A stretch of DNA of 64,000 nt from NCBI GenBank assembly GCA_963750165.1, contig CAVVPN010000011.1:1696001-1760000 (forward strand). The letters are read 5' to 3'. This document shows, piece after piece, positions 49,899-58,243 of this stretch (within the stretch, counting starts at the first letter, position 1; each line of letters begins with the position of its first letter). Both the position numbers and the translations under genes were made by a program. Source of the stretch: an uncultured Gemmataceae bacterium. GTDB taxonomy: Bacteria > Planctomycetota > Planctomycetia > Gemmatales > Gemmataceae. The notes below the pieces were generated by a model. The model worked only from the letters and a program-made list of their open reading frames with translations. It did no database searches and had not been told where the DNA came from.

Positions 49899-50057
49899 GA
49901 CGCCCTCGTGCTCTCGGCGATACACACGTCACATCCGGTATCTTTGGTATCGGCCGAAAAGTCGCGCCAACTTGACATGCGGGATTCAGGAGGTGGGTCG
50001 GAGCCCGAGCGCCAGCGCGGGACCCCGCGCTGGCGCTCGGGCTCCGACCAGAAGCTA

Positions 50058-51740
50058 CTAATGTGCCATCGCCACGGCGGGTTCGCTGACCATCCGGCCG
50101 TTGAGCCAGCGGTCCAGATGGCCGAAGAGCGGGCTGACCTGATCGCGGGTGACGGCGCCCATGGTGGCGATCTGCACCATGCGCTTCTCGGCGAGGTAGC
50201 CGCTCTGGCCGCCGATGGCGAAGCCCCACAGCCGGCAGCGGGCCACGAAGGCGTTGGAACCCTCCATCCCCGGCGGCGCGAACGTGGTCACCACCGGGCA
50301 GGCGTGCTCATCGCGCGCGAGCGGGTCCAGGCCCAGGCGGCGCAACTCGCCGCGGACGTAAGCCCCCAGCTCGGCGTAGCGGTCGTAGGTGGCCCGGGCG
50401 CGCGCCGGCGTCGCGTACTCCTGCAGGGCCGCCTCCAGGGCGCGCAGCGTTGGCGACGGGAAGGTGTAGCACGGCCCCTCGCTGGCCAGCGCCGCCACCA
50501 CGTCGAAGTAACTCGGCACCCGACTGCGGTCCAGTGTCTTCAGCGCCTCGGCGTCGGCGAAGATCAGCGCCCCGCCGGCGAACGAGCCGAGCGCCTTGCC
50601 AGTCGAGCCGGTCGCCATGTACACGTCGCGCAGGTCGAGCGGCACGGCGCCAAGGCTGCTGATGCAGTCGATGCAGACGCGGACGCCGTGCTTGCGGGCC
50701 ACACGGACCAGGCCAGGGAGATCGTTGAGCACGCCAGTGCTGGACTCCTGATGGACGCCCCAGACCCAGCTGCCGGCCGGCTCCTCGCGCAGCGCCGCCT
50801 CCACTTCGTCGAGGTTCCAGGGTTCGCCCCAGGGCCACTCCAGCAGCCGCGGTTGCAGGCCAAAGCGCGTCGCTTGCCGGGCCAGGCGCTGGCCGAACTC
50901 GCCAGTGCTGAGCAGCACGCCGCGACCGCGGCCAGCCGTCGCCGCCAGCGTCGCCGCCACGCTCTCGTTGGCCAGCGTGCCGCTGCCGTTGAGGATGGCC
51001 GCGGCGGGCGCGTTGACCAGCTCCGCCAGCTGGCGACGCACGGACTGGAAGCGACGGATGAACTCGGGGCCGCGGTGGTAGATCGGCGGCTCGTGGAAGG
51101 CGTCGCGCACCGCCTGCGACGTGGTGACCGGCCCCGGCAGCAGACACACCGTCTCGCGCGGCGGCAGTCCCTGACGGCGGACATGCCCCTCCCACATGCG
51201 CTTGACGCGCTGAATCTTGGCCGGCAGCGCCGCCACGTCGAGCATCATCGGCACGAACGCGGCGTTGCCACAGTGGACCGCCGGGCCGAGCGGCACGAAG
51301 CCGATTTTTTCGTACAGGTCGAGCCGCGACTCGACACCGGAGATGAACAGGTGCGTGTAGCCGTGCGCCTGCGTGTAGTGCTCCAGCGACCAGATCAGGC
51401 CGAAGAACAGCGTGCTGTTGCGCTCCTGCGGCTCGATGGCCAGCAGCCGCACCTCCAGCGGCCGGGTGCCGGGCCGCGTCAGGATGCCCGGGTCGGGCAG
51501 CCGGTCGGCGACGGAGAACGGTGGCTGATCGTGGACGCTGAGCATGCCGACGACGCGGTCGTCGCGCAGGACGATCAGGTAGTCGTTTTTACTGTGAAAT
51601 TTATCGACGAGCATCCCGGTGCCGGTGTCGGGGTGCTGCGGAATTTCGCTGACGAAGGTCCGATAATTGAGGCAGTGAATCTGCTCAAATTCCTGCCGCG
51701 TGTCCGCACATTTGAAGACGTAGTGACCGACTCGCAACAT
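50058..51740 (-). CDS. GNAT-like acyltransferase fused to a class V PLP-dependent enzyme (560 aa)
   Basis: N: NYRTFVSEIPQH, LEVRLLAIE, LYEKIGFVPLG; C: LLPGPV, GSGTLANE, HQESSTGVLN, DCISS, STGK(PLP Lys)ALG; SD ggaggtgg. Confidence 0.85.
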   Translation of the reverse strand: MLRVGHYVFKCADTRQEFEQIHCLNYRTFVSEIPQHPDTGTGMLVDKFHSKNDYLIVLRDDRVVGMLSVHDQPPFSVADRLPDPGILTRPGTRPLEVRLLAIEPQERNSTLFFGLIWSLEHYTQAHGYTHLFISGVESRLDLYEKIGFVPLGPAVHCGNAAFVPMMLDVAALPAKIQRVKRMWEGHVRRQGLPPRETVCLLPGPVTTSQAVRDAFHEPPIYHRGPEFIRRFQSVRRQLAELVNAPAAAILNGSGTLANESVAATLAATAGRGRGVLLSTGEFGQRLARQATRFGLQPRLLEWPWGEPWNLDEVEAALREEPAGSWVWGVHQESSTGVLNDLPGLVRVARKHGVRVCIDCISSLGAVPLDLRDVYMATGSTGKALGSFAGGALIFADAEALKTLDRSRVPSYFDVVAALASEGPCYTFPSPTLRALEAALQEYATPARARATYDRYAELGAYVRGELRRLGLDPLARDEHACPVVTTFAPPGMEGSNAFVARCRLWGFAIGGQSGYLAEKRMVQIATMGAVTRDQVSPLFGHLDRWLNGRMVSEPAVAMAH

Positions 51741-51842
51741 CCTGGACCACCTCCGACGGTGCCTCGCCCTGGCGCGCGGTGAGGGACGCAACGCCCTTCG
51801 GCGCTTGAAGGGCGCAGCCGCGCAGCACCTCGTATGGCAGAG

Positions 51843-51871
51843 AGGTTATAAACCTTTGCGGTAGTTTGCAA
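51843..51871 (-). promoter_or_regulatory. Putative sigma70 promoter (duplicated near 57516-57544)
   Basis: Minus strand TTGCAA-17nt-TAACCT, conserved in both copies. Confidence 0.5.
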
Positions 51872-52096
51872 GGACTTGCTGAAAAGAGAACGATCAGAAG
51901 CTCGCCGCTTCGTTAAACCTTCTTGTTTGTAGGTTCTGCGAAAGATCTCCGGCAAGGGAGCAGGCGTTCAGGCCGTCGGAAAAGACCGCGTGTTCAGTGT
52001 TCGGAGTTCGGAGTTCGGTTTTCCGTGGTCCACGGACAGCTGCTCGATTATGATGCGGATGGGGTCTTGTCACCGAACACCATTCCGGAGGAATCC

Positions 52097-53026
52097 ATGC
52101 CGACCCAGGCCGTCATCGCCACCTGGCCGTTTGGCCAGACGGCGGCGCGCGTGGCGCTGCCGATGCTGCAAAAAGGCCGACCCGCACTCGACGCCGCCAT
52201 CGCCGGCGCCCAGGCCGTCGAGGACGATCCGCGCGTCAACTCGGTAGGCTACGGCGGCCTGGCCAACGCCATCGGCACCGTGACGCTGGACGCCTGCGTC
52301 ATGGACGGTCGCACCCTCGGCTGCGGTGCCGTCGCCGGCCTGGAGAACATCCGCCACCCCGCGGCGCTGGCACGGCGCGTCATGGAGCGAACGCCGCACA
52401 TTTTGCTGGTCGGCGAGGGCGCCCGCTGGTTCGCGCTGCAGCAGGGTTTTCCGCTGGAAACGCTGCTGACGCCCGATAGCGTCTCGCAATGGGAGAAGAC
52501 GCGGCCCAAGGCCCAGGCACCGAAGCCGAAACCGGGGCCGAACCCGGCGCCGGGGCCGGAGCCGTGGGATCCCATCGGTCACGACACGGTGACGGTGCTG
52601 GCGCTGGACCAGAAGAGCAATCTTGGCGGCGTCTGCACCACGTCGGGGCTGGCGCACAAACTGCCGGGCCGCGTCGGCGACTCGCCGCTGATCGGCTCGG
52701 GGCTGTACGTGGACAACACGGCGGGCGCCGCTGGCGCAACCGGCGTGGGCGAGGAGATCATCCGCATTAACGGCAGCTTTTTCGTGGTGGAGCACATGCG
52801 GGCGGGACGGACGCCGCAGCAGGCGTGCGAGTTGGCGGTGCGCAAGGTCAACGCGGTGGCAGCGCGGCGCGGCGTCCACCCGGCGCGGGTGGCCTTCCTG
52901 GCGCTGAACGTCAAGGGCGAGCTGGGGGGCGCGGCCACGGTCGGGACGAACTTTCAGTACGCGGTCAGCGTCGGCGACAAGGTGGAGTTGCGCAAGGCGC
53001 CGGAGATCCCGGCAGCCAAGCAATGA
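52097..53026 (+). CDS. Asparaginase-2 family Ntn hydrolase (glycosylasparaginase / isoaspartyl peptidase-like)
   Basis: SVGYGG, LDACVMDG, HD|TV autocleavage site, TTSGLAHKLPGRVGDSPLIGSG, ATGVGE; SD ggagg. Confidence 0.92.
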   Translation: MPTQAVIATWPFGQTAARVALPMLQKGRPALDAAIAGAQAVEDDPRVNSVGYGGLANAIGTVTLDACVMDGRTLGCGAVAGLENIRHPAALARRVMERTPHILLVGEGARWFALQQGFPLETLLTPDSVSQWEKTRPKAQAPKPKPGPNPAPGPEPWDPIGHDTVTVLALDQKSNLGGVCTTSGLAHKLPGRVGDSPLIGSGLYVDNTAGAAGATGVGEEIIRINGSFFVVEHMRAGRTPQQACELAVRKVNAVAARRGVHPARVAFLALNVKGELGGAATVGTNFQYAVSVGDKVELRKAPEIPAAKQ

Positions 53027-53070
53027 CGCCGCATCCCCGCTCATCTACCGCTGGCGGCAGCACCAGCGCC

Positions 53071-56000
53071 TCAGTCAACCACGCTGAGGTGCAGCACCAC
53101 GCCAAGGTCGCGGTGTGGATTGTAGCTGGTCAGCGTCGGGGTGTTCCACGGTCCCGGGTGGCCCTGGTAGCGAATGATCTCCCCGGCCGCGTGCGTGTGC
53201 CGGAAGACCGCGGTTAGCTGCGTCGGGTTGGCCGCGTTGTCCACCGCGGTCACCACCACTACCTCCTCGTTGGCGGCGCCCTGGTTGACCACCAGCCGCG
53301 AGCCGACCTCCAGTTTGATCCGGTTGCCGCTCACCGTGAACAACTGCTGCGCATTGTTGAGGGTAATCGTCGTGGTCACCGGCACACCGTTGGTTACGGT
53401 GATGTTGTTCACCAGACTGATGGTGGCCGGCGTGAACGTGGTGCCATTCATGGCGTAGAACGAGTTGTCCACGCCCGTGCGGTCGATGATGGCGAAGAAG
53501 CGGTGACGGAGGTGGCGGTTCTCGTTACGGTACAGCTCGGCCCCCAGTGTCGCCGGCCTGACCGTCTCGTTGGTCACCTCGAAGAAGCCGACCGTCACCC
53601 ACACTGCGAAGACGTTGCTGCGCGTCGTCACGTTGTTGAACAGCTTCGTCAGCAGGGCGTTCTGCTGGTAGGGGTGCGCCGCGCCCGGCACGCTAAGCAG
53701 CGGTGTACCGCCGGGGCCCGCCGCGCCCGCCGTCAACAGTGTGTTGTTGAGGCCGATGGCGGTCGGGTACTGGTTGACGGCGACGGCCGTGGCGGCGGTG
53801 GTCACGCCGACGCTGAAGGGGCTGAAGGGGCGGTCAAATGTCGTCGCGTTGACCGCGGCCGCCCTGTGATGCCAGGTCGGATTGATCGTCCCCGTCGCCA
53901 GGCCCGGGCTGCGCCAGCCGATCATGTTGTTGTACAGCGTCGGCGCCTGCGCGGGAGAGTCGAGCAGGGCGTAAAACACCTCCGGCTCCCAGATGGTGTT
54001 GACGTTCACCTTGCCCGGCACGCGGAAGCGGCTGGCGGAGGTGTAGCCGGCGGCGTTGCTGCCCGTGGTGATGCTGTTGCCAGCGCCGCGGTCGTGCGTC
54101 TTGACGAACTCCAGGAAGCGGTAAATCCGTGAGGTCTGCATGAACCACGGGGCATAGTGGCCCGAGGGCGCTGCGACGCCAAACTTCTCCGTCAGGCGGT
54201 GCGGCGGGTAGGCGGAGACGTACAGCAGTTCCAGCGGGCTGATGAGCGGCCGGTCCAGGTGCGTCAACCAGTTGAACGGCACCGTCAGGGTTTGCGTCTG
54301 CGCCTGCGTCGTGGGGGGCGTGCTGCTCTCGCCGTTGTGGCGGAAGAAGGTGCTGTACGTCTGATAGGCGGTCGGCGGCGGCGTGGGATTCTGAGGCGTC
54401 AGGGCCACGCCGCCGGCGTAGGGCTGCTTACGGCCGAGCGTGCGATAGGTGTTGACCGGCGCCGGCGACGGGTTGATTTTCCCGCCGAGGTCGTAGACCG
54501 TGCCCTTGATGACCGTGACGTTGTTCATCACGTCCACGGTCACGTAGGGGTTGGTGACAGCGTTGTACGCCAGGTTGGGGCAGGCCAACCGCTGCAGCAG
54601 GATGGAGACGACAGCGGGGGCTTGGTTCACGCTCTTCGTCATTTTGAAGGACATCGCTGGGCTGGCGAGCGTCACCGGCAGGTTCGGGTTGCGGTTCTGG
54701 ATGAAGTTCGGCAACGGCGCCGCCCCGGTCTGTGGCCCGACCACGTAAAAGCCCTGGTTGGTCTGGGTGGTGTCACGGTAGGCGCCGTTGGCGGGCAGGA
54801 TGCGGCGTTGCGTGGCGGTGGTGCCCCAGGTCGTCAGCTGGTTTAGCAGCGCCGCGGCGGGCGCCTGGCCGGTCGTGTTGCCGGGACTGGTCAGGCCGTT
54901 GGTGGCCGTGGCCAACGTCGGGTCCATGACCTGGAGCCGATACGGCACCTGGAGCGTCTTGGTCGATGGGTACTGCAGTGTCGCGATGCCGGTGTCGGTC
55001 GTGCGGAGCGGGCTGACCACCTGGTTCCGGAACGAGTTGTGCAGCTCCACCCAGGCGTTGAGCTGGAAGTAGGTGGCCTTCTGCTGGGCGACGTTGGGGG
55101 GCGCCAGGCCCGGGTCGTGGGAGTCGTTGTCGTAGGTGACGAAGGCCTCGTTGAGCAGCGCGCGCGGCAACTCGGTGCCATAGACCCACTCGCTCTGACC
55201 GTTGCGGTTGAACCAGTTGAACGGCGTCATGTAGTCGTCGTCGTCGAGGTAATCGACGATGTTGACGGCCAGCTGCGCCAGCCAGCGGGCGGCCTGGAAG
55301 TCGGTCGGGGCATTTGCCAGGTTGAAGCCGGCCGGAACGGTCCACTGCGGGTTGTTCGGGTCGCGGGCGCCGGTGGTCTGGATCAGGATGGTGTAAAGGT
55401 CCTGGGCCAGCTGTTGCCGCGTCGTCTGGGCGAGGTTGAACTGGGCGAGGTTGGCTTTGGCGATCAAGCCCGTGTTGGCGTTAAACGTCGGGTAATCGAC
55501 CAGTTGGCGGCTGAGGTCGAGGCGGTTCAGGGCGGCGCTGACGGCACGCCAGGTGTTCCCGTCGAACTCACTGCCGGCCTGCGTGTTGCCGCGCTGGGCG
55601 GTGGTGGGGAAGGCGATCGCCGGGCCGGTCGGGAAGGCGCCATTGGCGACATAGTTGTAAGTCGGGTCGGTGTAGGGGTTGTTCCACACCCAGGGCGTCA
55701 CGCCGGGCAGTTCGTAGTCAGAGCTGTCGGTGGTCAGCAGATAGCGCAACTTCTCGTGGTTAGCGAGGAAATTCTGCGGCAGCAGTCGCAGCAGTTCAGA
55801 GGTCAGGGCGGGGCGCCCCGGTCGCCGCGGCGCAGCAGCGCCTCCTGGTTGCTGGTGGGGAACTTGCGGTCAGGGGTCAGCGGGGCGAAGAAGCTGAAGT
55901 TCGAGGGGTGGTTGGCTGGCACGAGCGTGGCGTTGTTGTAGCCCGTGAAGGTCGGGAAGGTGAGGAACTGGCCGGCGGTCGGCAGCACGGGCGGGGTGCC

Positions 56001-57190
56001 GCTGCCGATGATGTCCACCGGTGCATACCAGGGGCCGAGGGCGCCGGCGTCGGCGCCGTGCCGTGCGGGGCGGTGTTGTTCAGGCCGTAGAGGCCGACCT
56101 GCGGCAGAGCATTGTTGCCCTGGAAGACGTTATTGAACTCGGTCGGCACTGTGCCGAGCCGCGTCAGGTTCATTTCCCAGCGGCCCCAGCCCTGGTTCGA
56201 CCGGGCCAACATGCTACCGGCGATGTTCAGGTTGATGCGGTTGTCCAGGTCGATGATGAGCGGCGCGAACAGCATCTTGTAGCGCCGGCCGTCGGGCGCC
56301 GTCATGATGGGGGCGTCCAGGTCGATCCAGAGGCTGTCGTTGCCGCCGACGCCGTAGGCACCGAGGCCGAAGGGGAGGTTGCGCACGTCGCCGCCGCGGT
56401 CCTCGGGGTAGGGGAAGCCGGGGTTGCCGTTGATGCCGGCGTTGTCCACCGGCCGCGGCCGCAGCGTCTTGTACTTGCCGCTGGTGTTGAGCCAGTTGCT
56501 GGCGGCGGTTGCCTGCTGAGCCAGGCTGCCAAACAGGTACTCGCGGTGGAACGATGGCGTCAACACGGTGCCGTCGGAGCGGATCGCCGCCAGGAAGAAG
56601 TTGTGCAGGTCGGGGTAGGTGTACGGCACGTTGACGCCGAAGGTTTGCGTGCTCAGCGCCGACGCCAGGTTGGCGCGGAAGCCGATGCGTTCCGGGTCGC
56701 GCAGGGGGCCGCCCAGGCCCTGGAAGAAGGTGTAGTTGATGGCCTCGTAGTCATCGATGCCGGTGAGGGCGCCGGCGCCCATGGCGGCGGTGAGGGAGTA
56801 GTGCAGCCGGCCGGTGCCGCTGAACGGGGCGCTGCGGCAGTGCATAATCATCTGCGGCGGGCTGACGGTGGTGTCGAAATCGTAGTCCATGCCGTAGACG
56901 GTGCGCAGCAGGGAGTGGCCGCGCAGCGCCGAGTAGGCGCCGCCGGTGTCGTCGCGTTCGTCGTAGATGAGTTTGCCGAGGAAGAAGCCCATGGCCGCTT
57001 CGGGATCGATGTCCGGGACGCGCAGGTCCACTGCCTCACGGGCGGAGCCGGAGGCGGTCGCCTCGGACTCGGCGTAAGTGACGAAGGCGATACCGGTGAT
57101 CGCGAACAGCGTCAGCATGGTGATGACGATGAGCAGCACCATGCCCGGCCGGCGGCCAGCGGTCGGCGAAAACGGCGGTTGCAATATCAT
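53071..57190 (-). CDS. Giant PilX/GspK-like prepilin-type protein, ~1373 aa if two 1-nt deletions (~56045, ~55812) are repaired
   Basis: RRPG-MVLLIVITMLTLFAITGIAFV leader; three consecutive frames with continuous coding character; TTRSNVFAVWVTVGFFEV..RHRFFAIIDR near the C-terminus. Confidence 0.72.
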
Positions 57191-57217
57191 GGCCGAAAAC
57201 TCCCGTTGAGGAGGCAT

Positions 57218-57303
57218 TAGGCATTAGTCATTAGTTTTCAGACATCAGTCCCTGGTCATTAAATTCTGTCCTAATGACTAATGACTAATGACTAATGATT
57301 ATT
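57218..57303. repeat. Inverted heptamer tandem repeat (CATTAGT)n / (ACTAATG)n, second copy
   Basis: gcattaggcattagtcattag ... ctaatgactaatgactaatgactaatga; same unit as 30711-30783. Confidence 0.8.
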
Positions 57304-57309
57304 ACATAT

Positions 57310-57696
57310 GCAGCACGCCGCGACCGCGGCCGGCCAGCGACGCCAGCGTCGCCGCCACGCTCTCATTGGCCAGCGTGCCGCCGCCGTTGAGGATGGCCGC
57401 GGCGGGCGCGTTGACCAACTCCGCCAGCTGGTGGAGCACGAACTGGAAGCGACGGATGAACTCGAGGCCGCGGTGGTAAAAGGGCGCAGCCGTCCCGGCA
57501 CCTCGTATGGCAGAGAGGTTATAGACCTTTGCGGTAGTTTGCAAGGACTTGCTGAAAAGAGAACGGTCTGAAGGCCGCCGCTTCGTTAAACCTTCTTGTT
57601 TGTAGGTTCTGCGATAGATCTCCAGCAAGGGAGCAGGCGTTCACGCCGTCGGAAAAGACCGCGTGTTCAGTGTTCGGTGTTGTGGTCCGCGGACAG
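57310..57696 (-). pseudogene. Deleted duplicate of the GNAT-PLP gene and its upstream region
   Basis: 57310-57478 matches 50912-51080; 57480-57696 matches 51808-52039; the intervening ~727 bp is absent. Confidence 0.9.
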
Positions 57697-57885
57697 GCCG
57701 ACGCCCCCACAGGGTTTCAACAATGCAGAATGCTTCTTTTTTATGAAGTTGCTGACCTGTTCCGACGAATGGATTGATGTATACTATACAAGAGAACACT
57801 AAACCTGCATTCGCCCTCAAACGCAGCGTAATCAACCAGTGGTCGCCGGCCCATTGCGGCCGGCCCTGTTCCGAGGAGGTGCATC

Positions 57886-58243
57886 ATGAAGAAGTCCGAA
57901 ACCCCGGCTGCGGACACCGCGCCGAACCGCCCCAGCGTCCAGGAGCTGACGCAGGCGCTGGCGGAGCCGTTCGAGTCCGCCGAGGTCAAGTTCAAGCCGG
58001 CGGTGGTCAGCGGCAATCGCGCCATGGCGCTGGCCTACGTCGATGCGCGCGTCATTCAAGACCGCCTGGACGATGTGCTCGGCGTCGAAGGTTGGCAGGA
58101 CGACTACGAGTGCCGCGAGGACGGCAGCGTGATTTGCCGGCTGCGGCTGCGGCTCGGCGATGAGTGGGTCACCAAGGTGGATGTGGGCGGCCCCAGCGAG
58201 CAGCCCGACGGCGGCGACCGACTCAAGGCGGCGTTCTCCGACG
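57886..58243 (+). CDS. Rad52/Rad22-family (DdrA/Sak-like) single-strand annealing protein, exon 1
   Basis: SD gaggagg; LAEPF...VKFKP, AYVDARVIQDRLDDVLG, WVTKVDVG, LKAAFSD^. Confidence 0.9.

Noticed and set aside
51808..52004. Riboswitch (c-di-GMP-I-like GCAAAC...GCAAAG) in the duplicated leader
   Set aside because: Spacing and stems do not fit the motif; the sequence is better explained as a -35/-10 promoter
57310..57478. Possible DGR template/variable repeat pair (with 50912-51080) next to an RT gene
   Set aside because: About 5 of 12 mismatches are not at adenines on the best strand, the copy also includes promoter DNA, and the RT has group II intron domains V/VI and an HNH domain
57758..57771. 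LexA-box-like TGTTC-N4-GAATG upstream of the rad52-like gene
   Set aside because: Imperfect single match and the LexA motif for this lineage cannot be established from the window
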